A model generated the notes under the pieces. That model was not told where the DNA came from. It made no database searches and saw only the letters and a program-made list of their open reading frames with translations. This document shows positions 1-8,819 of a stretch of DNA of 36,365 nt, one piece after another (the stretch's first letter is position 1; every line of letters starts with the position of its first letter). This stretch comes from a virus: the IMG/VR virus record IMGVR_UViG_3300025291_000012, positions 1-36,365 of that record; one strand, given 5' to 3'. A program made the translations under genes and the position numbers.

Positions 1-127
1 ACGGGCATTCGCGCCGAGGGCGACACGATCTATCTGTATGACGTGATCGGTGATTGGGGTGTGTCGGCCGATGCCTTCGCAAAGTCGCTGGCGGCCATGA
101 CTGTGGAGGTGGTGCATCTGCGGATCA
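1..127. repeat. Terminal overlap copy 1 (identical to 36239-36365)
   Basis: Base-by-base comparison of the window ends shows 127/127 identity. Confidence 0.95.
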
Positions 128-654
128 ACTCGCCTGGTGGTGACGTGATGGCGGGCCGCGCCATGGCTACCGCGATCGCGCAGTACAAGGGCAAGGTGAT
201 CGCGCACATCGACGGCCTGTGCGCGAGCGCGGCCACCTATGTGGCCCTCGCTGCGAGCGAGGTGGAGATCAGTGAAGGCGCGTTCTTTATGATCCATAAC
301 GCCTGGTCGTTCGCTATCGGCAACAAGGCCGACATGAAGGAAATGGCCGCGCTGCTGGAAAAGATCGATGCCACGATCGTCGCCGACTATCGCCGCAAGA
401 CCGGCAAGGACGAAAAGCAGATCGTGACATGGATGGAGGCGGAAACCTGGTTCACCGCCGAGGAGGCCAAAGAGCACGGATTCGTCGATCGCATCGTGCC
501 GGCCGCCAAAACGAGCAAGGATTCGAAGCCGTGGAACCTCGCTGCGTATGAGAACGCCCCGGCCGCGCTGACCGCGCCGCCGGCTAATGAGCCCGATTTC
601 GCCGAGATCGCCGCCAGTAATGAGCGGCGCCTTCGGTTGCTCGAAGCCGCGTAA
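1..654 (+). CDS. Head maturation protease, ClpP/S14-like (5-prime part lies at 36182-36238 across the circular junction)
   Basis: Frame 1 is open from base 1. Motifs seen are INSPGGDV, GLCASAATYVAL and FMIHNAW. The gene sits between portal and major capsid. Confidence 0.85.
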   Translation, partial: TGIRAEGDTIYLYDVIGDWGVSADAFAKSLAAMTVEVVHLRINSPGGDVMAGRAMATAIAQYKGKVIAHIDGLCASAATYVALAASEVEISEGAFFMIHNAWSFAIGNKADMKEMAALLEKIDATIVADYRRKTGKDEKQIVTWMEAETWFTAEEAKEHGFVDRIVPAAKTSKDSKPWNLAAYENAPAALTAPPANEPDFAEIAASNERRLRLLEAA

Positions 655-674
655 CGCCTCGCGCGTCGCGTACC

Positions 675-708
675 GCCCGCCCCGGGTAACTGGGGCGGGC
701 TTTTTTTT
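675..708 (+). terminator. Rho-independent terminator or attenuator after the protease gene
   Basis: 9-bp GC stem gcccgcccc (675-683) pairs with ggggcgggc (692-700), followed by T8 (701-708). Confidence 0.6.
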
Positions 709-729
709 GTCTACACCTCTGGAGAACAG

Positions 730-1968
730 ATGACGATCCAAGCACTGCGCGAGAAAAAGACGGCTCTGGCCCGTGACGCTCGCAACATGCTCGCCAACAA
801 GGGCGACGCCAAGTGGTCCGACGACGACCAAAAGAAGTACAACGATCTGCTGGAAAAGATCGACGCGATCAACGCCGAGATCGAGAATCACCAGCGCCTG
901 CTCGACATCGAGGCGGAAAACGCCTTCAACGAGATCACCGGGCAAGAGCCGGGGCGCGGCGCGGCTGCTCCTCCGGCGGCGGCCGTGGTCGATCCGCAGG
1001 CCGCCAAGGCCCGCGACCTGTTTAACACCTGGCTGCGCAACGGTCCCCAGGCGCTGACGCCGGATGACTGGCAGACGATCCGCAACACGATGTCGACGAC
1101 GACGCCGGCAGAAGGCGGCTACACCGTGCAGACCGATGTCGCCACGCGATTCATCGACGCCATGGCAGCTTTCGGTGGCATGCGCGACGTGGCCGAGTCG
1201 ATCCGCACGGCGCAGGGCAATCCGCTGTCGTTCCCCACCACGGACGGCACCACGGAGGAGGGCGAGATCGTTCCGGAAAACACGCAGGCCGGCAGTGCCG
1301 ACATCGCGTTCGGTACGCGCCCCCTCAACGTGTTCAAGTTCGGCTCCAAGATCATCACGGTGCCGATCGAGCTGCTGCAGGACAGCACGCTCAATGTCGA
1401 GTCGCTGGTGTTCGGCCGTCTGACTACCCGCATTTCCCGCGCCGGCAACCGCAAATTCACGGTCGGCACCGGCGTCGGCGAGCCGACGGGCATGATCACC
1501 GCCGCGACCGTCGGCAAGGTCGGCGCAGTCGGCAGCACCGCGACGGTGGGTTACGACGACCTGGTTGACCTGCAGGAATCGGTCGACGAAGCCTACCAGT
1601 CCGGTGCGCGCTGGATGTTTGCGCAGAGCACCCGCAAGGTGGTGCGCAAGCTCAAGGATGGCAACGGCCGGCCGATCTGGACGCCTGGCTACGAAGGCGG
1701 CATCACCAAGGGCGCACCCGACGAGCTGCTCGGCAAGCCGGTGACGCTCAACAGCCACGTGCCGGCGATGGCCGCAAACGCCAAGTCGATCGCCTACGGC
1801 CAGATGGACAAGTACGCGATCCGCGATGCGCTGGAGGTGACGCTGTTCCGCTTCTACGACTCGGCGTATGCGTCCAAGGGCCAGGTCGGTTTCCTCGCGT
1901 GGGCACGCAGCGGCGGCAACCTGATGGATCTGCTGGCCGTCAAGACCTACCAGAACTCGGCGACCTGA
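730..1968 (+). CDS. Major capsid protein, HK97 family
   Basis: 412 aa with SD ggag upstream. It has an N-terminal delta-like coiled region, then the capsid body, and follows the protease. Confidence 0.9.
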   Translation: MTIQALREKKTALARDARNMLANKGDAKWSDDDQKKYNDLLEKIDAINAEIENHQRLLDIEAENAFNEITGQEPGRGAAAPPAAAVVDPQAAKARDLFNTWLRNGPQALTPDDWQTIRNTMSTTTPAEGGYTVQTDVATRFIDAMAAFGGMRDVAESIRTAQGNPLSFPTTDGTTEEGEIVPENTQAGSADIAFGTRPLNVFKFGSKIITVPIELLQDSTLNVESLVFGRLTTRISRAGNRKFTVGTGVGEPTGMITAATVGKVGAVGSTATVGYDDLVDLQESVDEAYQSGARWMFAQSTRKVVRKLKDGNGRPIWTPGYEGGITKGAPDELLGKPVTLNSHVPAMAANAKSIAYGQMDKYAIRDALEVTLFRFYDSAYASKGQVGFLAWARSGGNLMDLLAVKTYQNSAT

Positions 1969-1984
1969 TCACCTGACGCCGTTC

Positions 1985-2008
1985 CGGCCAGTTCGCGAGG
2001 GCTGGCCG
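1985..2008 (+). terminator. Weak hairpin after the capsid gene (possible attenuator)
   Basis: cggccag (1985-1991) pairs with ctggccg (2002-2008), followed by a T-rich ttcttcccttcattt. Confidence 0.3.
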
Positions 2009-2036
2009 TTCTTCCCTTCATTTCCCAGGAGTCAAC

Positions 2037-2270
2037 ATGGAACAAACGAACGACAACGGCGGCGCCGATCAGGATCTCGCGGGCACCAAGCCGGCGGGCA
2101 AGGCCGAGACGACCGTCAAGGTGCGCGTGCTGGTGGACTGCGAGCACGGCAAGCCCAACGATGTGGTGTCGCTCCCGAAGTCTGTCGCCACAGCGGCTGA
2201 AAAGGCCGGCGCCGTCGACACCAGCAAGGAAGCGGTGGCCTACGCCGAGTCGATCGCCGCGCAGGAGTAA
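2037..2270 (+). CDS. Small head-module protein, unknown function
   Basis: 77 aa with SD aggag and GC3-rich codons. It lies between the capsid and connector genes. Confidence 0.6.
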   Translation: MEQTNDNGGADQDLAGTKPAGKAETTVKVRVLVDCEHGKPNDVVSLPKSVATAAEKAGAVDTSKEAVAYAESIAAQE

Positions 2271-2273
2271 TCC

Positions 2274-2828
2274 ATGCGCATCGAGACCGTCACCGCGCCG
2301 GTGGGCGAGCCGATCGACCTTGACCGCGCGAAGTTCCAGGCGCGCATTGACGACGCCGACGACGACGAAACCGCGTACCTGCAGGGCACGATCATCCCGG
2401 CCGTGCGCCGGGCGACCGAGCGCTACCTGCGCCGGCCGCTGCGTGCCGGCCAGTACAAGGCGGTGCTGGAGGATGGCGAGCAGTGCAGCACGCTGATCCT
2501 GCGCGGATACGGCCCGGCGGTGGTTACGTCGGTCACGTACCTCGACGGTGCCGGAGTGCGGCAGACGGTCTCGCTGATGGCGTACGGCACGCAAGAGGTG
2601 CCCGAGGGCATGCTGGTCCGTCCGGTCACGGCCTGGCCGGCTGGCACCGCCTTCGAAATTGCGTTCGATGCTGGCTATGTCGACGTGCCCGAGGACATCG
2701 AGCTAGCCATGCTGTTGCTGGCGGCCGAGTTCTACGCCAAGCGCGAGGTGTCGGCGGTCTTTGCCGACAACCAGTGCAAGGCGTACGACTGGCTGCTGGA
2801 CGATCACCGTTGCGGGGTGGGGCTATGA
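2274..2828 (+). CDS. Head-tail connector protein (gp6-like)
   Basis: 184 aa with SD aggag and the syntenic position after the capsid gene. Confidence 0.7.
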   Translation: MRIETVTAPVGEPIDLDRAKFQARIDDADDDETAYLQGTIIPAVRRATERYLRRPLRAGQYKAVLEDGEQCSTLILRGYGPAVVTSVTYLDGAGVRQTVSLMAYGTQEVPEGMLVRPVTAWPAGTAFEIAFDAGYVDVPEDIELAMLLLAAEFYAKREVSAVFADNQCKAYDWLLDDHRCGVGL

Positions 2829-3184
2829 GCGGCGAGCCGACACGTTCCCTGATCGAGCCGGGCGCTGGTGAGCTAAACCGCCGCGTCACCATCCGTCGCC
2901 GGCTGGATCTGCCCGCGGCGGATCTGGGGCTTGATGAGACTTTCCCCGAGACGCGCAAGCGTTGGGCCAAGATCACGCCGGCCGGCGCAGCCACCTATGC
3001 AGGCAGCGCGCAGATCGACGACCTGGTCACGCACCGGATCATCGTGCGCTATCTCGACGGCATCACGAATGCCCACGAGGTGGTGCATGGTGCGCGGATC
3101 TACCGCGTCAAGCGCGTCACCGACATGAACGGCGGGCATCGCTTCACCATGCTCGACGTGGAGGAGCTGCAGCATGGCCAGTAA
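2825..3184 (+). CDS. Head closure / head-tail adaptor protein
   Basis: The ATG at 2825 overlaps the upstream stop as ATGA. 119 aa. The upstream part of the tracked ORF 2483-3184 overlaps the connector gene. Confidence 0.7.
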   Translation: MSGEPTRSLIEPGAGELNRRVTIRRRLDLPAADLGLDETFPETRKRWAKITPAGAATYAGSAQIDDLVTHRIIVRYLDGITNAHEVVHGARIYRVKRVTDMNGGHRFTMLDVEELQHGQ

Positions 3185-3650
3185 GCCAGGCGTGTACATG
3201 CACATCGACGGCTTTGACGGTTTCGACCGCTCGGTCGATTTCGACAAGCGCGAGATCCGCAAGGCAATGCGTCGCGCCGGCGCACTGGTGACCAAGGCTT
3301 CCCGAAAGAAGGTGTCGCGCAAGGGCGGCTCGAAGGCTGGCGAGTATCCCGGCAAGCGCCTCGGCAATCTGGCTAAGTCGATTCGCGCCAAGGTCAGCCG
3401 GTCGGGCTTCATGGTGCGAATCGAGCCCAAGACCGGCAGCGGTGTTCCGGCCAGCGCCCCCTACTTTGCCTATCTGTTCTATGGGGTGAAGCGAGGCGCA
3501 GTCCGGCGCAAAGACCACCAGGCGCAGCCGAGTGGCCCGTATCGCATCGAGCCGCGCGCCAACTACATGACCGACGCCCTCGAGGAGGAGGCGCCGGCCG
3601 TGCAAAACCTGCTCAGTGCCGCGCTCGCCGCCGGCTTGCGGATCCGATAG
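3174..3650 (+). CDS. HK97 gp10-like tail-completion / neck protein
   Basis: 158 aa with a basic N-terminal half, in the syntenic position. Confidence 0.65.
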   Translation: MASKPGVYMHIDGFDGFDRSVDFDKREIRKAMRRAGALVTKASRKKVSRKGGSKAGEYPGKRLGNLAKSIRAKVSRSGFMVRIEPKTGSGVPASAPYFAYLFYGVKRGAVRRKDHQAQPSGPYRIEPRANYMTDALEEEAPAVQNLLSAALAAGLRIR

Positions 3651-3660
3651 ACCCTCAATA

Positions 3661-3686
3661 GCCCCGCCGCTGAGCGGGGCTTTTTC
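3661..3686 (+). terminator. Rho-independent terminator between head and tail modules
   Basis: gccccgc (3661-3667) pairs with gcggggc (3674-3680), followed by tttttc. Confidence 0.6.
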
Positions 3687-3691
3687 TTGCC

Positions 3692-4279
3692 ATGAAGCTA
3701 TCCCCTGTGGTCACGCAGCTGCGCCAGTACGCGCCGACGTTTGGCGGCCGTGTCGGCGGCGGCATCGAGTTCGAGATGGTGCGCGACAGCGCGCTGCTGC
3801 CGATGCCGGCGGCCTACGTCGTTATGACGGCCGACGACCCCGGCGAAAACACGCAGCAGAACAGCATCCGGCAACCGATCTTCGACGAGTTCGACGTGGT
3901 CGTGGCGCTGAAAACCGGCGACGAACGCGGCCAGTCGGTGGCGGATCCGCTGCACGACATTCGTGCCGAGCTGTTGCGCGCACTGGTCGGCTGGAAGCCG
4001 ATGCCCGATTACGAGCGGGTCACGTATGAGGGTGGGCAGTTGCTGCTTATCGATCGTGGCCGCGTGCTGTACCGCTTCACGTTCCGCTGCGAGTGGACGC
4101 TCGGCGGCGGCGCGGCGCCGGAAACCTTCGAGGAGCTGGAGTTGGCCGGCCTCCCGGCGCTTGCCGGCGTCGACATCAATCTGGATGCCATCGACCCGAT
4201 GGCCGATCCCAACCTGCAGAAGCCCGGCCCCGATGGCCGGATCGAAACCGTGCTCCGCGTGGAGCTTGATCAAGGATGA
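3692..4279 (+). CDS. Tail terminator/neck-type protein (Mu gp37-like position)
   Basis: 195 aa, first gene of the tail module. No clear SD. Confidence 0.5.
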   Translation: MKLSPVVTQLRQYAPTFGGRVGGGIEFEMVRDSALLPMPAAYVVMTADDPGENTQQNSIRQPIFDEFDVVVALKTGDERGQSVADPLHDIRAELLRALVGWKPMPDYERVTYEGGQLLLIDRGRVLYRFTFRCEWTLGGGAAPETFEELELAGLPALAGVDINLDAIDPMADPNLQKPGPDGRIETVLRVELDQG

Positions 4280-4530
4280 ACATGAGTACAGACCGCAAAA
4301 CGGTGCGCGTGGTGCCTGCTGTGGGCCGCGTGGTGCCGGATCCGGAGCGTGGCGACACGCTCCCCAGCGAAGGCCGCGACGTGGTGCGATCGCCGTATTG
4401 GGCGCGCCGCATCAAGGAACAGGACGTGACCGAGCACGAAGTACCGGCAGTCACGGAAACCGCAACCGAAGGTGACTCGCAGGCCGGTATGGCTGCGACG
4501 ACCACAAAGACCGCCAAGGGAGCCAAGTAA
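4276..4530 (+). CDS. DUF2635-type small protein preceding the sheath gene
   Basis: 84 aa. Its start overlaps the upstream stop as ATGA, and it occupies the conserved position before Mu-like sheath genes. Confidence 0.65.
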   Translation: MNMSTDRKTVRVVPAVGRVVPDPERGDTLPSEGRDVVRSPYWARRIKEQDVTEHEVPAVTETATEGDSQAGMAATTTKTAKGAK

Positions 4531-6032
4531 TGTCGGTGAGCTTCAATAACATTCCGAACGACGTTCGGGTGCCGCTGTTCTATGGCGAGATCGACAATTC
4601 CATGGCGAGCAGCGGCGCGGCGGCGGCTCTGCGACGCCTGATCATCGCGCAGATGAACGACGACGCCACCGGCGCGGCCGGCGTGCTGGCGATTGCCAGC
4701 CGCCAAAGCGATGTCGACGCGATCGCTGGTGATGGCTCGATGCTGTCGGCTATGTATCGGAAATTCCGGGTCGGCGATCCGCTGGGGCAAATCTGGGTGC
4801 TGCCGATCAAACTGGCGACGGGCACTGCAGCCAGCGGCAAGCTGACCTTTACCGGTGCCGCGACCGAGGCGGGGCTGCTCAATGCCTACATCGCTGGGCG
4901 ACGCCTGCGTGTGACGGTGGCCAACGGTATGACCGCGGCGGCGGCGGCCACGGCACTCGCCAACGTGGTCAACGCGGCAGTCAACATGCCCGTCAAGGCG
5001 GTAGCTGTCGCGGGCGAGGTGACGCTGACTGCCAAGTGGAAGGGTCTGACCGGGAATGACATCCGGCTGGAGATGAACCGGGCAGGCCTGGCGAACGGCG
5101 AGCGTACGCCGGCGGGCCTGACTGTCGCTGTGACGGCCATGGCTGGCGGCGTGGGCAGCCCGGACATGGACGATGTGCTGGCGGCCGTAGGCGACGAAGA
5201 ATTCGAGTTCATCTGCCAGCCGTACACCGACACGGCCTCGCTCGATGCCTGCCGCGATTGGATGGGTGACATCTCCGGCCGCTGGGCATGGTCGTCGCAG
5301 ATCTATGGGCACGTCTATACGGCGATGCGCGGATCGCTGGGCTCTCTCGTTGCCGCCGGCGTCGTGCGCAACGATCAGCACGTCACGATCGAGGGTTTCG
5401 AAACAAACGTCATGGCGCCGGTGTGGGAGCACGCTGCGGCGTTCACTGCCCGCACAGCGGTGTTTATCTCGGCAGATGTGGCCCGCCCCACGCAGACCGG
5501 TGAGCTGGTCGGCATCGACGCGGCGCCATCGGGCGAGCGCTTTACGCTTCAGGAGCGCCAGGCGCTGCTCTCGAACGGCATCGCCACAACCACGTCGGGC
5601 GACGGCGTGGTGCGCATCGAGCGCGGCATTACGACGTACCAGCGCAACGCCTACGGCCAGCCCGATGACTCGTATCTGGACAGCGAGACGATGCACATTA
5701 CGGCGCGCGTCATGCGCCGCCTGAAAAGCGTCATCACGACCAAGTACGGGCGCCACAAGCTGGCCGACGACGGCACGCGCTTCGGTGACGGCCAGTCGAT
5801 CGTGACGCCTTCGACGATCCGCGCCGAGCTGGTCGCCGAGTATCGCGCCATGGAGCTGGAGGGCATCGTGGAAAACGCCGACCTGTTCGAGCAGTACCTG
5901 ATCGTGGAGCGGGATGCGAACAACCCGAATCGCGTGAACGTGCTGTTCCCCCCGGACTACATCAACCAGCTGCGGATCTTCGCGCTGCAGAACCAGTTCC
6001 GCCTGCAGTACCCGCAGCAAGCGGCGGCGTAA
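4530..6032 (+). CDS. Contractile tail sheath protein
   Basis: 500 aa, with TAATG start/stop overlap, followed by tube and chaperone genes. Confidence 0.9.
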   Translation: MSVSFNNIPNDVRVPLFYGEIDNSMASSGAAAALRRLIIAQMNDDATGAAGVLAIASRQSDVDAIAGDGSMLSAMYRKFRVGDPLGQIWVLPIKLATGTAASGKLTFTGAATEAGLLNAYIAGRRLRVTVANGMTAAAAATALANVVNAAVNMPVKAVAVAGEVTLTAKWKGLTGNDIRLEMNRAGLANGERTPAGLTVAVTAMAGGVGSPDMDDVLAAVGDEEFEFICQPYTDTASLDACRDWMGDISGRWAWSSQIYGHVYTAMRGSLGSLVAAGVVRNDQHVTIEGFETNVMAPVWEHAAAFTARTAVFISADVARPTQTGELVGIDAAPSGERFTLQERQALLSNGIATTTSGDGVVRIERGITTYQRNAYGQPDDSYLDSETMHITARVMRRLKSVITTKYGRHKLADDGTRFGDGQSIVTPSTIRAELVAEYRAMELEGIVENADLFEQYLIVERDANNPNRVNVLFPPDYINQLRIFALQNQFRLQYPQQAAA

Positions 6033-6052
6033 GTCCTCCCGTTCCATCCCTT

Positions 6053-6077
6053 TGCGGCCCGCCATCGTGCGGGCCGC
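6053..6077 (+). terminator. GC hairpin after the sheath gene (attenuator-like, poor T tract)
   Basis: gcggcccg (6053-6060) pairs with cgggccgc (6070-6077). Confidence 0.35.
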
Positions 6078-6098
6078 TTCGCATTCTAGGAGACCGAC

Positions 6099-6446
6099 AT
6101 GGGTCAAAAAGTCGCCGGCACCGTCTACATCAAGGCGGACGGCTTTGCATTCGACGTGCAGGGCGCCTTCGAGGCGCCGCTGATGAAGTACAAGCGCGAG
6201 ACGATCCGTCCGGGCTACTTCAAGGAGGAAGATCTGCCGGCCTACATCAAGGCGGATCTGACCTTCACCAAGAATTTCCCGATCAAGAAGCTGCAGACGG
6301 CCATCAACATGGTCATCACGGCTGAAACCAAGGGCGGGCAGATCTACGTTCTGCAGGGTGCCTACGTGATCGGTGAGCCCGCCGTGTCCGGTGACGACGG
6401 CAAGGTGTCGATCGAGTTCAACGGTGACGACGGTAACTGGCAATGA
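6099..6446 (+). CDS. Tail tube protein
   Basis: 115 aa with SD taggaga, located directly after the sheath gene. Confidence 0.85.
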   Translation: MGQKVAGTVYIKADGFAFDVQGAFEAPLMKYKRETIRPGYFKEEDLPAYIKADLTFTKNFPIKKLQTAINMVITAETKGGQIYVLQGAYVIGEPAVSGDDGKVSIEFNGDDGNWQ

Positions 6447-6733
6447 AGACCTTTCCGCTTGCAAAACCGATTCAGGCGCACGGCGAGGAAGTTACCGAGC
6501 TGAAGCTGCGCGAGCCCACTGGCGAAGACGTGGAGGACTGCAAAGGCCTGCCGTACTTTCTGGAGGACGGCGAAACCATCCTGATCAACACGAAGACCGC
6601 GATGAAGTATGTGTCGCGCTGCGCCGGGATCCCGATGGGCTCGGTGCGGCAGATCCTGCCTGGCGATCTCAACAATCTGTTCTGGTGGGTCGCTGGTTTT
6701 TTCTTGAATCAGGGTGCCAAGAGGCCGAGCTGA
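6443..6733 (+). CDS. Tail assembly chaperone (G-like, zero-frame product)
   Basis: 96 aa, located between the tube and tape measure genes. Confidence 0.8.
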   Translation: MKTFPLAKPIQAHGEEVTELKLREPTGEDVEDCKGLPYFLEDGETILINTKTAMKYVSRCAGIPMGSVRQILPGDLNNLFWWVAGFFLNQGAKRPS

Positions 6734-6870
6734 TCGTCAACCTGGCGTATGACCTCGCGGAGTTCTGGGGCATGGATCCCGAGGTCATGCTGCAGCGGCC
6801 CATTCCGCGGCTGATGAAGTATTGGCACCACGCCGATCGCATCAACCGGGCCAGACAACCGGAATCCTAG
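6443..6870 (+). CDS. Tail assembly chaperone, -1 frameshift fusion product (GT-like)
   Basis: The -1 frame is open from the slippery site to the TAG at 6868-6870, immediately before the tape measure ATG at 6872. Confidence 0.65.
6697..6703 (+). promoter_or_regulatory. Slippery heptamer T_TTT_TTC for programmed -1 frameshifting
   Basis: The zero-frame codons ggt ttt ttc give an X_XXY_YYZ pattern in the correct phase. Confidence 0.65.
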
Positions 6871-6871
6871 A

Positions 6872-8806
6872 ATGGCTGACAAGTTTCAACTCAAGGCGCT
6901 GATCACGGGTGTCGATCAGCTGTCGCCGGCTCTTGCAGGCATCCGCAAGAATATCGCCGGCTTCCGGAAGAGCCTGAAATCGGACGGGCTGGGCGATCTC
7001 TCGTTCAAGGATGTGCTGGCCGGCGGGGCGCTTGCTGCGCCGGTCATCGCGGCGACCAAGTCGGCGATCGACTTTGAGAGCGCCATGGCGGATGTGCGGA
7101 AGGTGGTCGATTTCGACACGCCTGACCAGTTCAAGGCCATGGGGCAGGACATCATGGACATGTCCAAGCGCCTGCCCATGGCGGCCAAGGACATCGCCGC
7201 GATCGTCGCCGCCGGCGGCCAGGCCGGTTTCGATAAGGCCGAGCTGCCGAAATTCGCCGAGGACGCGGTCAAGATGGGCGTCGCGTTTGATCAGACCGCC
7301 GAGCAGGCCGGCGAAATGATGGCGACCTGGCGCACCTCGTTCAAGCTGGGGCAGGACGCCGTCGTGCAGTTGGCCGACCAGATCAACTATCTCGGCAATA
7401 ACGGCCCAGCCAAGGCTGCCAAGATTTCCGAGATCGTGACGCGTATCGGTCCGCTGGGCGAGGTGGCGGGCTTCGCGGCCAGCCAGATCGCGGCTATGGG
7501 CGCGACGCTGGCGGGCATGGGGGTGCAGGAGGAGATTGCGGCAACCGGCATCAAAAATATGATGCTGACGCTCACCTCCGGCGCATCGGCCACCAAAGAG
7601 CAGCAGCAGACATTCAAGGCGCTGCGGCTCGATGCCAAAAAGTTGGCCGTGGACATGCAAAAGGATGCGCAGGGCACGATGCTGCGGGTGCTGACCGCGA
7701 TCGGCAAGGTGGACAAGTCGAAACAGGCCTCTGTGCTGGATGGGCTGTTCGGCAAGGAATCCATCGGGGCTATTGCGCCTCTGCTCACGAACATGGATCT
7801 GCTGCAGAAGAATTTCCAGCGCGTTGGCGAGGCGTCGCAATACGCCGGCTCGATGCAAAAGGAATACGAGTCGCGCGCCGCCACCACGGCGAACAACATG
7901 CAGTTGATGCAGAACCGTGTGACGGCGCTGGCGATCTCGGTGGGCGACATCCTGCTGCCGCCGCTCAATTCGTTCCTGGCGTACGTCGGACCGCTGGTCG
8001 ATGGGATGTCGGCTTTCGCGAGTGCGAACCCGGCTGTGATTCAGGGTGTGCTCGGTGCGGCGGCAGGCCTGACAGTGCTCAAGCTGGGCGCGGTTGCGGC
8101 TGCTGCTGGCATCAAGCTGCTGATGGGCGTCACCAGCCTGACGCCGATCGGCCTGGCGGTGCGCGGCATCGCACTGGTGGCGGGGCTGCTGATCGCCAAC
8201 TGGTCGACCGTGGGTCCGTTCTTCGCAGATCTGTGGGCCGGTATTCAAAGCCGGGCCGAAGTCGCATGGGGCTGGATCAAATCGGCGCTGAGCTTCACGC
8301 CGCTGGGGCCAATCCTCGCCAACTGGGAGCCAATCACCGAGTTCTTCGGGGCGCTGTGGGATGCGGTGGTCGCGGTGACCGGGCTGGCGTGGGACTGGAT
8401 TAAAGACGCGTTCTTCAGCTTCCATCCGCTCGGCATCATCATCGCCAATTGGGAGCCCATCGTCGCGTGGTTTAGCGGCCTGTGGGACCGCGTCAAGCCG
8501 TTCATCGAGCCGCTGGTCAATGCCGGGGCATGGATCGGGCAAAAGGTCGGCGCCGTATTCAATGGCGGCGGGGGTGAGGGCGCGGCGGCGGCTGGCGGGG
8601 CGATCCGATCGGGGACCGATTCCGTGCGCAACTGGACGGCTTCCCTGTCCTCACAGACGGCGCAGTCGCAGCAGCTGCGCGGCGACATGACGGTACGTTT
8701 CGAGAACGCGCCAGCCGGCACGCGCGTCGATCCAGGCAACACCAACCAGCCCGGCCTCACCATGACGCCGCGCGTCGGATACCGCTCGCTCTCGGGGGCG
8801 GATTAA
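6872..8806 (+). CDS. Tail tape measure protein
   Basis: 644 aa, Ala/Gly-rich and helical, with a repeated W-x-W-I-K motif near the C-terminal hydrophobic segment. Confidence 0.9.
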   Translation: MADKFQLKALITGVDQLSPALAGIRKNIAGFRKSLKSDGLGDLSFKDVLAGGALAAPVIAATKSAIDFESAMADVRKVVDFDTPDQFKAMGQDIMDMSKRLPMAAKDIAAIVAAGGQAGFDKAELPKFAEDAVKMGVAFDQTAEQAGEMMATWRTSFKLGQDAVVQLADQINYLGNNGPAKAAKISEIVTRIGPLGEVAGFAASQIAAMGATLAGMGVQEEIAATGIKNMMLTLTSGASATKEQQQTFKALRLDAKKLAVDMQKDAQGTMLRVLTAIGKVDKSKQASVLDGLFGKESIGAIAPLLTNMDLLQKNFQRVGEASQYAGSMQKEYESRAATTANNMQLMQNRVTALAISVGDILLPPLNSFLAYVGPLVDGMSAFASANPAVIQGVLGAAAGLTVLKLGAVAAAAGIKLLMGVTSLTPIGLAVRGIALVAGLLIANWSTVGPFFADLWAGIQSRAEVAWGWIKSALSFTPLGPILANWEPITEFFGALWDAVVAVTGLAWDWIKDAFFSFHPLGIIIANWEPIVAWFSGLWDRVKPFIEPLVNAGAWIGQKVGAVFNGGGGEGAAAAGGAIRSGTDSVRNWTASLSSQTAQSQQLRGDMTVRFENAPAGTRVDPGNTNQPGLTMTPRVGYRSLSGAD

Positions 8807-8819
8807 TCAGGAGAAAGCA

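Noticed and set aside
4176-6464. 762-aa minus-strand ORF, the longest in the window
   Set aside because: It lies antisense to the well-supported sheath and tube genes. Its Arg/His/Asp/Gly-rich composition is non-protein-like, it has no SD, and the open frame is the kind expected opposite GC3-rich genes.
6842-8542. 566-aa minus-strand ORF
   Set aside because: It lies antisense to the tape measure gene and has an Arg/His/Gln-rich low-complexity translation. It is a GC-bias artefact.
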